Below, in pieces: positions 1-13,712 of a stretch of DNA of 64,000 bases; position 1 is the first letter of the stretch; the number at the start of each line of letters is the position of its first letter. The position numbers and the translations under genes are program-made. The stretch is from Antedon mediterranea (lineage: Eukaryota; Animalia; Echinodermata), in contig NC_092677.1 of assembly GCF_964355755.1 (NCBI RefSeq), positions 20,048,101-20,112,100 of the forward strand, written 5' to 3'. The notes beneath the pieces were generated by a model that saw only the letters and a program-made list of their open reading frames with translations, ran no database searches and was not told where the DNA came from.

Positions 1-78
1 TGGTTAAATTTTGAAGGGTCAGGGTCAAAGATCAAGGTCCACAAAAAAAAAAAAAATAAAAAAATAAAAAAAAAATTT

Positions 79-145
79 CAGCTGGACTTGAACCAGTAAT
101 CTCAACTGTGAGAGGCTGGATACATAACCATTACACCAAACTCTC
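79..145 (-). repeat. Degenerate tRNA-derived sequence (SINE head-like)
   Basis: Minus strand has an A-box-like TGGTGTAATGG and a B-box-like GGTTCAAGTCC at tRNA spacing; cloverleaf stems do not pair well. Confidence 0.35.
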
Positions 146-655
146 AACCACAGCAGTTAGCCTATTTACGTACACTTAGAGCTAATAGGCCTAAAAAAAA
201 GGGAAAAAAAATATATATATTTTCCGAGGTAATTTTATGTAGGGGTATTTTTTACAGTAGGCGGAGGTTTGTACTCTCGGAGTACCCTCTAGTTCAGGTA
301 CTTTATTAGTTTCTATGGGTAATTGTCAAGGAATTGTCTAAATTATTATGTTGTGAGGTAACGTAACATTTTTTTTTTGATACAATCTGCTATCAGTTTC
401 TTTGACCACACTAGTCTCATTTCTATTACTTTTACTCTCGTCAACATTATGGAATGCCGAGCATTTCCATATTCTTTCTCAATTTGACGTGATTTTCTAA
501 AATTTTCTGTTTGAGGATCATCAATGTTTGTTAAGTTAAATAATTCCACACTAGGAACTTCTTGGTGTCCCATAAAACTAGCATAATCGGAATATAAATA
601 GACTTTTCTTTTTCTTTAACTTCAACATTTCTTAAACTTAAATTTTCTTTTTTTG

Positions 656-1539
656 TTACTCTCTACTTTTTTCGACATCTAGTTTAACCAACTCTCCCCT
701 TCGTATCACCCATCTATCATTCCCTTCTGATCGTTTTAATTTTAATTCGTCTCTCATTAATTTGTTTTTGGCCCTTTCATTTTGTGTTAAGTCTGGTGTA
801 ATATATATGTTTTTAGTTGAATCCAGCTTGCTAAGTTTCTTAGAATTAATCAGGATATCCCTCTTAGACTTTTTTGAGTCCAGCACCACCTTCATGAGCC
901 TAGGTCTACCATAATCGAATTGTGTTTATAATTTTTACATCAGGAAGATTCAGATCATTTGCAAAGATATTTGTTATTTTTGCCTTATCTTCATTTTGTT
1001 CAATATGGTCATCATTAATTGATTCTGGCACATTATGGATAATTACATTTGTTTTCCTTCCTTCTCTATCCATGTATTCATCAATTTTCTCTTTGACCTC
1101 TTGGCCTACAATTTCCTTCAAGGAGCCTCTTAAGTTTTCTATTTTCTCCTCATTAATTAGTTTATCTACTTTATCATTTAGGTGGGCTATTTAAATTTTT
1201 ATGGTTTTTTCGAGTTTCCCAATTCTATTTTCTGTAGATTTAAGAAAGAAGACACTTTCTCTTCTATAATTTTGTCTGAGACAACTGCTTCTACAGCCTT
1301 TGTTTCACAATTATGGCAAAACCAATGCATTGATTGCACAGAGGAAAGCATCTCGTATTGATAGACCAACCTGTACATTTCATACAGTTCCATCCTTCGC
1401 ATCTTTCGCACTGTATACATTTAGTATCCCCATTGACCTGATCATTGCAACCAATGCAGCAGTTGTCTTGATGTCTCTTATCCTGTGGATTTTTACTTAG
1501 ACTTTTAGTTTTACTTCTTGTACTACCACGGTGTGACAT
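656..1539 (-). pseudogene. Frameshifted LINE (CR1/L2-group) ORF1 with PHD finger
   Basis: Consecutive ORF fragments: PHD finger CIGCNDQV..CIQCERCEGWNCMKC..HWFCHNC, coiled coil, REGRKTNVIIHNVPES, RPRLMKV, NIYITPDLT; several frameshifts. Confidence 0.75.
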
Positions 1540-1989
1540 TGTATACGATATTAATCACATTTCGCCACAAAAAAAACCTTATTTTTTAAAATTTAAATAT
1601 TAACTTTAATATAAATAATATCGCAATTAGTAAATATTATCAAATTATAATAGTGCACTATGATTGAACCAGATACACCGTCTCATCTATGTAGGTAGAC
1701 TGACTAACTATCTCAGTTATGTGAAACAAGTCGTAGGCCTAGCCCAAGCCTTCTATGTTGAAGATCAAATCAAATACTCTCTCTAGCCTAGGCTATTAAC
1801 GTTTTACTACTAGGGCCTAGGCCTAGAAATGTTTTTTTCCCAACAACTAATACTTATAGCAACATACACTTGATTAATATCTATCGACAACTAGAACCCA
1901 AACAGAAGTATGGGGTTGCGCCATGAGTCGTCGGCCCGGGATCTATGTCAACATGTACATAGGCCGTCACCAATTGTGTTTCGGTCGTC

Positions 1990-3001
1990 TCTACTCTACT
2001 ATTAAAATCACAACTTATCTTAAACGAAGAACAATCATCCCTTTTACTTGGAAGAGATTCAACTGTTGCTTCAATTGACTTTGTTCGCAGATGGTTCTTA
2101 ACATCTTCTACTGTTGTACTCGGGTCCATATTTCCAAGGTACATATTAAAAAGATCACGCGGTCTCGCTTTTAAACCAACATTAACACCAGTACCACGCT
2201 TTAGTTTGGAACGTTTAAGTTTGGTCGCTCTCCAAGGCTGTTGAAACCCATCAGCATCTACAACACCGACACCACTAAGTTGTCGCATCACTCGAAGGCA
2301 TTTGCCTACTTTTATTGTTATTATTTTGGAGTGTGTGTACGTCTTCTGTAAGCTGCGGGATTCTTCCGGAGGTATATGCCCGTTTATCAGCTGACTTGTC
2401 AGAAGCATTACGTTCAGATATACTGACCTGATCTTTTCTCACGGCAGATCTTGCAGCAACAGTTGCAAAGGTATGAATGTTAACTTCATTGTTGTTATTT
2501 ACTAATGTTTCCATTCGCTCAGCAAAGTTGCTACGCTGTGTCGCAGCCGTCACCATATCAATTTTCATAACTTTGATCTCAGTTTTTAATTGTTGTATTT
2601 CTCTAAGTATCATAGAACCGTCAAACCTATCAATCGGTACAATAGGAATTTTTCTGAGGTTGGCTGCAACAAAAACCGGTATATTCCGCATATCGCAATT
2701 GACGAGGTATGTCAGAATGTCGGTCATCATAATTTCGTGCTTACGTATCCTCTTCTTTAGATTACTCTCAGGATCCAATACATATTGTGATAGTGTATCT
2801 TTAGCTTTCTTTATATCATCAACGCTATAGCTTTCAATACATATACTATGTAAGTGATCGAACGTCATCGAACCCATGTTGTTCACAACAAAGCAGAGAA
2901 GTTCGTTTATCACAGGACTTGCCTCATATATAGAATCATTCTCATCATTTTCATAGTTTGCAGCATTATCGGGGGTAGTATCACCATTTAGGTCCCTTGT
3001 T
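1990..3001 (-). pseudogene. Second LINE ORF1-like (gag-like) remnant, 5' part interrupted by a MITE
   Basis: ORFs 2275-3069 and 1881-2408: VINELLCFVVN..YSVDDIKKAKDTL..IPVFVAANLRKIP, coiled coil, then RRM-like MYLGNMDPSTTVEDVKNHL..SFKIS; typical of invertebrate non-LTR ORF1. Confidence 0.6.
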
Positions 3002-3010
3002 ACCCGGGAC

Positions 3011-3931
3011 GCGATTTTTTTTTTCGTACATAAGTTGGGGACCCCCTCATGAAACGTCACAAAATACACATGAATAATTCATCAGTTAAATTTTCTTGTT
3101 CCGTGTGCACCCAAGCGTATAGCAACAAGAAGCGATTACACGTCAAGAGCGGTACGATTCTAGGCCTAATCTCCGCTGTGGTTGTTGCCGCGTGGGATTT
3201 CATAAAAGAATAGGGACGTTTTGTGTGGATTGTCGAAATAATCAGCCTTTAGTTTATGGTGTTTTTAATATCATTTAGTACTAAAGAATTACGTGTTAAA
3301 ATTATAGTTTCTATTAATACTATTAGGCCTAATTATTAGTCTCTAAACCCATGTCTATTCTAGTAGTAGCTATGTGGGTGTGTGTGACGTGTGCGTGTTA
3401 TGTATGACACAGTCCGAGTAATAAGTCAGCAAAATTAAACAATAAACATTACACAAAAATACATTTTTTATTCTCGTGGGTCTAATCTTCCTATCTCATG
3501 TATTCATATACGCGCATTTTTAAAGTTCCTTCGAGTTCATGCATATTGTTTGCTAATAAAATAGCAGAATTAAAAAATTACAGTACACAAATTATACACA
3601 TTCTTTATTCTTGTGGGTCTAAGCTTTCTTTGGGCTATGTCCAATTACTACTTTGTTTAATGTCTTGCCTAGCTGTCGATTAGCCTCGACACATTTTGCA
3701 TAGTGGTGTGTGTGTGTGTGTGAAGAAGAGTGCGCGAAGGCAATTACGTGAATTGACCTAGAATCCTAGGCCTATTGTAGAAAGAATCGTATCGCAGTTG
3801 TGCGTGTAATCACTTCTTGTTGCTATACGCTTGGGTGCACACGGAACAACAAATTTAACTGATGAATTATTCATGTTTATTTTGTGACGTTTCATGAGGG
3901 GTCCCCAACTTATGTACGAAAAAAAAATCGC
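3011..3931. mobile_element. ~0.9-kb MITE (family M1) with long TIRs and 9-bp TSD, Mutator-like
   Basis: TIR GCGATTTTTTTTTTCGTACATAAGTTGGGGACCCC.. at both ends; TSD ACCCGGGAC at 3002-3010 and 3932-3940; three more full copies in the window. Confidence 0.9.
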
Positions 3932-4077
3932 ACCCGGGACCTAGTGTTGTCACTTTCGTTACGTCCCTTCTGAGCCGTTGGATTTGACATACCAAAACAG
4001 CTGTCACAACGGTGAGCATAAACAATGACTAGCTCGATCGAAATTCCCGCCACAGGCCTAGCGTCATGTACATACAC

Positions 4078-5402
4078 CAGGGGCGCAGGCAGCAAAGAAT
4101 TAAAGGGGGGGTCAACCAATATGTGAGTATTTTGCGAGCGAAGCGAGCAACCATGGGCTGGGGGCCAGGGGGCCGCCAAGGGCCCCCGGTTGGGGTCCAG
4201 GGGGCGAAGCCCCCTGGAAGCTTTGGCGGTCTAGGGCAATCTAGATCATTTGAATCGGTTTACGCACACACAAATATGACAATGTTAACACTAATAAACT
4301 GAAACAAAGAAAACAAAAAACAACTCTCATTTTCATTACAGAACATTTTTATATTCCAGGCTGCCACAGACAAACACTTTTTTTCTTGCTTGTTTGTTGA
4401 TTTGTGTAGAGAGGCTGTAAACTCAGGAGGAATTATTTGAATTCCTCCCTTTTCACCAATACAAAAGTTGCATGAAATGAACGTAGAGATGCAAAAGTTT
4501 GAAAAAAGAAATTAGAATGATAGCATGGAGGAAGTGATATTATTAAATGAGAACCGTAATGTTAGAGTTCATACACTATGCAAGTCCAAGAAGCTATCTT
4601 GGCTCCGTGTGTATGTGAGACGCTTATCATACCCAGTACATACAATATTTTGTTTAAAAATATACCTATTTTGTTCGAATGTATAGTATAGGTGATAGCT
4701 TATACATAATTGTAATAACTAACTTCTAAATTATTATCATACATTTTACGTTAGTTACTATAACGGCGCTCTTGACATCGCGTGATGCATCTTTAAACAT
4801 AAGTTTGGAACATTCTTCTTGGCTTGGAGACAGAATTCGCGAATGACATTCTCTGTATTAATGTTCATGTTAAAGTGTATGTTCATGAGGCACAATCCCG
4901 AAAGCTGCTCATAAGACATGTGATTTCCCAAACAGGTTTTCGTTCTCCATAAAGTCGAAAAACTCCGCTCAGCTTAAGCAGACGTTACGGGCATAGGCCT
5001 ACGCGATTAGAAGAAGTGCACACACATTCGGGAACACATCTGGATCCGCTAATTTTACACAGTCGCTTCCATCACTGAAGCTCGGAATGAAGATGTTCGT
5101 GTCTTGGCAGATCATCGTACCAAATTCAAGTTCCTTGAAGACTTCTTCAACATTACACTTCACGATAGACTCGGGTGCTACGCCAAATATTTTAAAGCAT
5201 GGCCTGTTATCGGCAGAAAAACGGGTTTTTTAACTCGGTTTGTAATCAAGAAGTTGATTTGGTAATACTGCTCGGTAGTAATCCGTCCACAGTATCTCCA
5301 GGATGATTTGATCTGTATTGTTTGTCTCATGTTTTTATTTATTTTTTCTAAAAAAAAGGGGGGGTCAGGACCCCCGTGACCCCCCCACTGGCTGCGCCCC
5401 TG
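4078..5402 (-). mobile_element. Internally deleted hAT DNA transposon
   Basis: Termini CAGGGGCGCAG / CTGCGCCCCTG; minus strand ~4770-5050 encodes a hAT C-terminal dimerization remnant (FPNV..LL.I..PVTSA.AERSFSTL.RTKT..M..EQLSGL); only ATACAC of a TSD matches. Confidence 0.8.
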
Positions 5403-5559
5403 ATACACAAAATGGATTAGATCAACATAATTTGATCATAGAAACAATTTGTCACCTTCACGAGCACAATAACTATAAATATTACCAGTTAAGATGATGA
5501 TTTTCTTAGATCGGCTAATTTTGTAGCCTATTTGCGTTCAAAAACCTGGAGCAAAAATC

Positions 5560-8147
5560 AAATACGTCCTTACGACGCCAGACATGCGCATCATAATGCA
5601 TTAAATTACCTATTATTTAGCACACGATTATTAAAGTTTAACGTGCATGTGCGTCGTTATTTTGCAATTAAAGTTAATCAAAATGAATGAAATCTACTAC
5701 AGGTGGTATGAAAAACAAAAATCAATTGCAAAAACAATTCTTCTAGGCTTTGTACGAGCTGTGCGCACAAGCGCGTGCGCAAAGCGCCAACAATTTATGA
5801 AATGCTCAAAATGACCTGAAATGTAGGCCTACGCAAAATTGATTAGAAATTAATTTTGAAATTTCAAATACGCGTACTCGCGTAAATTTCTGCGTAGCCA
5901 TTTTTATAATGTCAAAAGTTGTACCATATTATGAAATACAATTTCATAAAGTTTCGTTGAAAAATAATTTTTTGCTCAGAATTTATGAGCAACCATCAAA
6001 TTTCATAAAATCGCGCGTAACTTACGCTGCGCGACTCTAACGTCATATTACAAAGTTTCCTGCACATCAACAGTTTAAGGTCAATCTTCTGACAAAGTTA
6101 TACGATGTTATGTCCACAAAAATTAGAGATAGGGCCTACACATGCAACAAAATTCTGTGAAAGAAATAAGAATAAGATAGAATCTAGATTTGAACTCGTC
6201 ACTTTGACGAATTCATTCATTCATAATAACATTTATTTCTTATATTTCTGGTTATCCGACGCGCAAACGCCACGTGCACGTCATACGTTAGACTTGCCCC
6301 AAGTCTGTATTATCTTCTTTTTTTTTTTATTTATTTGTTTTAGACTTGCCCAAGTCTGTATTATCTTCTTTTTTTTTTTATTTATTTGTTTTTTATTTCG
6401 ACCGCGATTTTTGTCTGAAAATACAGACTTGTGAAACACGTATAGAAATCGGTTTGCAGACCGCAAACATCCGATAAGAATGACGTAGGTTATCATACCG
6501 TATTTGGCTATATGGGGCGGGCGGTATGTAAATATGGATTTCGAATCAACCAATGATCATTTTGTTTCAAAATGAAAAAGATCGAGTACGTGCAGTGCTG
6601 AATGTACGATCGAGACTGTTGAAATATAAAATCGTAATGCCAAGTTGTTTTGTTTATTAATTGTTTAGTCCTTGGCCTAGGCCTCTTTCGTAGGTCCTAC
6701 TCAATTCGCACGTATGACCTGCCAAATAAAACGCCAATAAAGTAGGCCTACATACCACCACCAGCACACAACAGGTCTACACCACCACACAGCAGGACAG
6801 GGTCGGGTGAGAATTAAATCAAAATTATCTCCGCGTAATAATGATCCATTCAATGTTTGATTTGCGGAGAAGCTAGCCTATCATATCAAGACGAGTTTTC
6901 ATGTTCTTGGGAAAAATCCCATCAAATGTTTACCAGACTACTAAGCATATAAAATAATATCTAGCCTTCAGAAACTTTCATAAATGTACCTAAGTACACA
7001 TTGTCTAAACGTAACATAGCGCATGCGCATCATCTTAGTTGTTGAGTCTTTGAAATTCTGAAATATGAATATTAAAACGGTGTACGAGTGAGTAGCCAAT
7101 CGCATGCAGCTGAAACTAGTCAACCGGATAATCGTATGCACCAAGAATTCTTGATGTCAAACCACGTGACTTGTGCGTGTTTCCCCAGACGGAGTATCCA
7201 AAATCAAGTAGTATACGTATGAAACGCCATATGTGCCAAAATATTTTTCTTTTTACTAATATTAAGACAAAACTCCGTCTGCAACCCAGACTAGTCATAC
7301 GTTAGAATATTGCGCACAGAAAAACGATTATGCGATTGTGACCTGAAGAAAATATACTCTATACATACTACATACAGTGCATAATACGTGGAAATACCGG
7401 AACCCGCCTTTTATTTCAATTTTTAACATGATGACGTCATCATAATGAAACGTAGATAGTAATTTTGGAAGGAAATTATCTGAGCAACAACATATTAACG
7501 TGTTGAAGAAATTTGGATACGTAGAATATGGATGCGCGCTCTTTTAAATGTCATGAACTATGACTCAAAATATGAAAATACGACTTTTATAAATTCAACT
7601 GACCATAATGATGACGTCACAATATCCGATGCGCAAAATTTGTACATAAATTCGTATCTAAAATTCAACAGCTTGAATAAAATGTTTTAATGATGAGTAT
7701 CACTTTTCATTCTGAGGAGCTATAACATATTGAAATTTACTGTAATGATGAAAAAAGTGACCCAAGTGTTTCACGCTTTTGATCATGATGGCGTGTCATT
7801 AAACATTTTAGAAATGGTAAATCATTCGAAAGATAATTGATTGACCTAGACAATATAAAAAAAATGGGAGAAAATGGAATAAGTGCAGATGCGATCTATT
7901 AAATGTGATGAGCTATGACGAAAGAGACAAAAATCCTATATTTTATATTCGAGTGGCCATACGATGACGTCACAATGTCCGGTTAGCCACAAATGTAGTT
8001 TAGAAACTAAGGCATAATTTTGACGAATTTTTGAAAATGTTCATCAAAAACGCGTGCGAATTGTCCAATTTGACGTGATTTTAAGTCGAAATTTTTTAAA
8101 AATTGGTAAAAATACTAGAAAAGGCTGGAAAACATAATTCACGCAAG
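5560..8147 (-). mobile_element. Helentron-associated (HINE/DINE-1-like) element array, family A, interrupted
   Basis: Homologous by reverse complement to 33421-35729; 3' end (hairpin + CTAG) at ~6183-6212 and subTIR GGTTATCCG at ~6250; boundaries approximate. Confidence 0.7.
6288..7295 (+). mobile_element. Helitron/HINE-like element, family B, nested in family A
   Basis: Duplicated 5' palindrome AGACTTG-CC(C)-CAAGTCT followed by T-rich tract; 3' hairpin GTCTG-CAACC-CAGAC then CTAGT; host sequence resumes at ~7296. Confidence 0.55.
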
Positions 8148-10379
8148 AAAAGGTGGGGAGGGTGGAGGTGTGGGGTTGTATGTTCGAAATAACAATGTGT
8201 TCAAAGAGAGAACTGATCTTTTCCTAGATCCTGTGGGACTCCCTGTTTATAGAACTTGAAATTGAATCCAATCAAAACATTATTGTTGGTGTAATCTATA
8301 AGGCACCATCTCTTGATACGAATTCTTATATTGACGCTTTTGATCTCCTGTTAAATAATTTAGCAAAAACCAACAAAAAAATTTACTTATTAGGTGATTT
8401 TAACATTGATCTACTCAAACATCAGTCCAATAATCAATCGAACAATTTTGTTAATTCTGTCTTTAGTAATTTCTTTTTATCCATAATCAATAGACCAACT
8501 CGTATTACCGGAACGTCAGCAACATTAATTTACAACATATTAACACTTTGACTGCCAAACACGAGAATCTTCGTGTTTGTAAACACAACGCTTGACTGCC
8601 AAACACGAAGATCTTCGTGTTCCGCGTTTTTTTACAAAATCCGGTAGATAGGTTAATTATTGTTGTTAATCCTTTTAAAGCTGTTTTAAACTATTTTAAT
8701 CTCCTGAATCCTATGCAATTTTAATACCTTGTCATTTTTACACCGTGTTTCATAACTTTTTTTTTGTGCAATTATGTGTGTGTACATAATATATTTTATT
8801 GTATATCTATTTATTATTTTACTAATAATTGTCAATCTTCAAGAAGAATTTCTGTTGTTATTTTATGATGATGATGGACAAATAAAGCATTTCAGTATTC
8901 AGTATTCAGTATACTATAAATATGGACACTATATTCGGTCTGGACCGTCAATATTTTACTATTTGAAAGTAACTAATCTGGTTACGAACGACTTTCAAAA
9001 TGGTACCTGTCGAAATAACAAATACCGCGCATCACAGTAGCGCGTAGAGCGATGGCCGGCTTGGCGCATTGTGTATCGGTCGCGCGCTAGCTATGCCGCC
9101 GAAGCATTTACAAAGGTTTTTGTGGATTGACATGTTAGTTTGTTATCTGAATAAAAAAATAATGGAGTCATTTTCAATATGAAGTCTTAAATTTTATTAT
9201 TGTATGTATACCCTAATTGTTTTGGTGTTTCACTGAAAGTGACCGACTTTCACGCAACAAACTTGTTTAGAAATGGTATGGATATTGTCATCGCTAGTAG
9301 TACTAGTAGTATTAAATATTACACTTTAAAGAACTATAATATGAAAATCTGACTTGTACTTGTAGATTCCAAAATAAAAGACTTAAAACATCACCGAAAA
9401 TGATCGTTTTTAGCCAAAAATGACGTAAACATGTTGCCCCCTCAGGTTAAATAATTACATAAAATCACCGTTTTTTAGGAAAATATTTTGTGTATTAAAA
9501 TTGTAAAATGCAATAAAATATGATATTAAAAGATAGTAAATAAAAGATATTAATTATTTAACATCATTTTAAGAATATCAATAATCTATTAGTCTTTTGG
9601 GTAGGCCTACACGTCCACGTCAGACAAATATAGAGTGCACGGCATTTTTACCATGAAAGATTAGGCCTACTTTCCTTTGCTGTGTTGTTTATGGTGGTTC
9701 AAACCAACATTGTAGTATGTAATTATATATTATTTATTTTCATGACACAATACACATAAAGACCATGAACTTGTACTAGGACACCGCTCTAATCACTACG
9801 CGAAATGTCGTAAAAGACGCGCTGGGCGTTTCATAGAAATTACCGGCGGCTCAACTTGTCGGCGGCCCAACCGGTCATATGCCGTACTAGGCTAGCTTAG
9901 GCCTAGGCCTAGTCGTAAAACGGTTCCGGACCAACTTTAGGCCTGGTTAACTAGGCCTGGTGTCTTTACTATGTGGATTTTGGCGAAACATTGATGTAAG
10001 ATTTATGATTTATTTTTCGATAGATGATAACTTGTTTTTATAGGCCTATCAGTGCCGTGTAAGTAACTTTTTCGTTGTTTGTTCGATATTTTCATTTATT
10101 ACATAGCCTATGTAAATTCGCGAACGTGATTGGTTGAAACTGCATCACATGACTACCGCTGAAAGGATCGTAAATCGTATATATCCTCGAGAACGATGAT
10201 ATGACTGTGTAATTTTCGCGTAATAATCGTGTCCCTGTCATTAATCATATAAATTCTCGAGTACGATGATATTGACTGTGTAATTTTCGTGTGCAACACT
10301 CGCGTTTGCCGATAAATAAACAAAAGTCATCTACTGATCTTGAACTTGCGATGCAATTGTCACTCCATGACAAGACAAC

Positions 10380-12350
10380 GTTTCAACCGCTGCGCCACGA
10401 AACTTGCTTGAAGTAATTAATCTTCTAAACTATTTAAGCTATCAAAGCCATATATAGAGAGAGTTACGGCATTGCGTTCACGGATTTTAGAAAGGCCAAC
10501 CCAAAGACAAGAACAGGTAAATTTATGTAATTAAATAAGTAGCCTAGGCATACATCTTAACATATGCTATGTAGGGACTAATCTTACTTTACTGTATTCA
10601 ATTTATACATAGGGCCTATATTAATAAACTAGGCTAGGTAGGCCTATTATTAATAATTATTATTTAAACGTATGAAATGATTATTATTATCATTATTAGG
10701 CTACTACCAGTACATTAGTTATATAACAGTGAAATTACACTAATTTCACTGTTCCCTGGTTATATTACTTATCCTTTAAAATTTAGTACCCTTAACAAAC
10801 AATTTTTTAAACTTTCAATTCAAGAAACATTTATTGACCAAATATATATATCATTACAATTGTTGGCATAAAAGTAAAAATTTGGTCGAAAGACTACAAG
10901 AAGCCCAATTGGCATGTCGCTGTAGGCCTAACCTAGTCCCTCTTTTTACATTATACAAATAATAATAATAATACTTAATATAAACAAATTGTGATCTTGA
11001 TTATTTCATGCTTTCCGTCTCATGGTTAATATTTGCTTTCTGTCTCATGGTTATTTTATTTCGTTTAATTTAACTAGCCGTTACGTACATTACAGTATAT
11101 TAACGCATGGAAATGATTATTATTATCATTATTAGGCTAGGACATTAGTTATAATAACAGTGAAATTACACTATTGTTCCCTGGTTATATTACTTATCCG
11201 TTGAGTAGCCATAACAAACAATTTTTAATTGAATCTTATACTTAATATTTATGAAATTCAACCGTTAGTTAGTTAGTGGTTTTAGTTTAGGCTTAAGTAT
11301 TTGACTTTAGGCCCTAACCAATTTGAAAATCAATTAGCATGCACGTAGACGTCCTATAATTACGTAAACGTTAATTATGATAAAGCAAAAACTCACTAGA
11401 CAATTATTAATTTACAGGTGTGCAAAATGGGCCCAGAACACACGACGCGCGGATTTGAGAAGGAAACCAAGTTCCTATTTACACCGTAATTGCCACTTGT
11501 GCAATATTCATTTCGAAGAATCTCAAATACTGATGGTCACAGGCAGACTAAATCAAGATTTTATTGAGAACTTATTTTCTATTGTCAGAGGGAGAGGGGT
11601 CATAATTCGAATTGCCTAGAAGACACTGATCGACAGTACAGCTAAATGGAATTGATGCAATAATGATGGCCCAATCATCATCATCATCATCATCAACGCC
11701 ACAATCGCATCATGGATCAAGAAGACAACGGTGCCACCACTGACGACGACTGAATACTTTAGTATATGTAGCCGGTTACGTCGTCAAGAAAGTAAAGCGT
11801 GGTTCCCACATAGCGACGCAACGCAAGGACGTAACGCAACGCAAGTGAATTGACCAATCACAAGCGATGGCTTATTCGCTTGTGATTGCTAACTGTCTAT
11901 AACTTCGCTTGTCATTGGTCAACACGCTTACGTTGCGTTTACGTCCTTGCGTTACGTTCTAGTGGGAACCAAGCACAACTGCGATATCTGTAACAGTGCG
12001 ATGCGAGAAACCAATCGAAAACTGGAAGACCCAAAGCAGTTCCTAACACATTTTAAGTCTTATATGCCCATCAACCAGTACAACGACTTCGGAGGATTAA
12101 TTATGCCTACTGACAATGTAGTCAATGTCCTATCTATCTGTGAAAAGATTTTTGTTTCTAACTTTAACAAATACTAACATACATCAAACATCAGCAGAAA
12201 AATAAAGTTAAAAATCGCTACCATGTTACATAGATTTGGTATGAAGTTGAATCTTTGTTCACCAGCAATTGAAACATTGCAAATTGAAACGTACGTAAAC
12301 TTACGCATATTCTATGCTGTTAAATTCTTCAACAGAGACATAAATCAGTG
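10380..12350 (+). pseudogene. P-element/THAP9-like transposase remnant with internal deletion
   Basis: THAP motif RCAKWAQNTRRADL..LCNIHFEESQ joined to TGRLNQDFIENLFSIVRGRG; later YVAGYVVKK and CDIC..GGLIMPT..ICEKIF; possible left end CATGAACTTGTACTAGG at 9764. Confidence 0.7.
11797..11974. mobile_element. Short palindromic MITE (PIF/Harbinger-like)
   Basis: GCGTGGTTCCCACATAG..GCAACGCAAGGACGTAA mirrored by TTACGTCCTTGCGTT..CTAGTGGGAACCAAGC; interrupts the THAP9-like frame. Confidence 0.65.
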
Positions 12351-13552
12351 ATAAGAAGAAGAGTAAAAAATTAATTAAAGTATCACATTTATGAGGTATG
12401 GTAAAGTTTTAGGAGGTCTGTACGCGCCCCGGTCTGTGCATTATCGGCTAGAAATGATGATCATTACGACGGTCTGGTATGATGATTGAATAATTGTAAA
12501 TATGATGATTTTATTTAAATGTTTCTACATTATTTTTATATATTTCCTCTGGGTGGCCCGTGCATCATTTCGCAATAGTTATTGAGTTAATTTTAAACCG
12601 AGACTACTATAACATAACTATTGTTATCTGAGGTTTTAAATAAATTATAATAATAAATGAATGTCATGGCGAATGATGGGTACATGTATGCCTAGTATGA
12701 ATTGTCTCAGAATTGACTATCATATCATGCCTGTAGGCTTAAGCCTATGATTGTTTATAAATATATTCCGAAAAATTACTGAAATAAAATAGTCGAAGTA
12801 GTGATTTTAAAAAGTGACTTCTTGTTATTTTTTAATTGTTTATAACACACTAGATGATGATTTTGAGGATGATTATAAACATTCAAAATAACAACAATAT
12901 TCAGTAATTAAAACAAATAGAGATATACAAAGTACAGGAAATAAGTCTATCATTATAATTTAATCGCACATTACCGCAATTATTGTGATGAAAAAAATTA
13001 CTAGTTACAATACACAGTAGACATATCTGATCCATAAATCTACTTGTTTGAGCGAGAGGGCGCCCTATAAAATGAGCTCCATGTGTGTTACACATGAATT
13101 GCACGTAACATTCCGAGAGTGTCCCATCATGGATTAAAGAATAATTCTTTTTAGTATATAAGATCTTTGAACCTAGGCTAAATGTGATGAAACACAGTTT
13201 GTGATTGGTCAATACTCACGGTAGTAACCTAGTAACTAGTACGCGCTGAACATCCGGTGATTCAGCTCCTCGAAGATCGAGAAGAAGACGAATTGTTTAT
13301 TCGGCCTACCTGATTATAATATTATTATTAATAGGCTTATTGATGGAAATTCTCCTGTTAATTTAAACGACCTAGGCCTAAGTGAATATTTTATTGCCAA
13401 GGAATCATTAATTAGTAATTATCTGTATATTATTCTTCGCAAGGTAAGGTGTCTAGGCAGGCTTGTTTAAATACAATACAAATAGTCTAATACTATAGGA
13501 GGACTAGCCTAGCTTCACCCAACCCAGCATACTTGTTCTTGGCTATATAATA

Positions 13553-13712
13553 TAACAGATATTGCCTTTTATATCGGTTAAATATAAGATTTGACATCCC
13601 CTCGGGAATGATATATGGCGCTTCGGGAAATATATATTCCCTCGAACTTAATATCATTCCCTCGGGGATGTCAAATCTTATATTTAACCCCTAAGCAGTC
13701 AATATCTGTATA
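13553..13712. repeat. ~160-bp near-perfect inverted repeat, probably a DNA transposon remnant
   Basis: ACAGATATTG..GGTTAAATATAAGATTTGACATCCCC..GGGAATGATAT mirrored by ATATCATTCCC..GGGGATGTCAAATCTTATATTTAACC..CAATATCTGT. Confidence 0.7.

Noticed and set aside
79-145. Functional tRNA gene (also 23212-23280)
   Set aside because: A and B boxes are present but acceptor and anticodon stems do not pair; treated as SINE-like remnants.
1920-1965. DIDPGP peptide as a second 2A motif
   Set aside because: Lacks the required ExN of DxExNPGP and lies beyond the apparent ORF1 homology.
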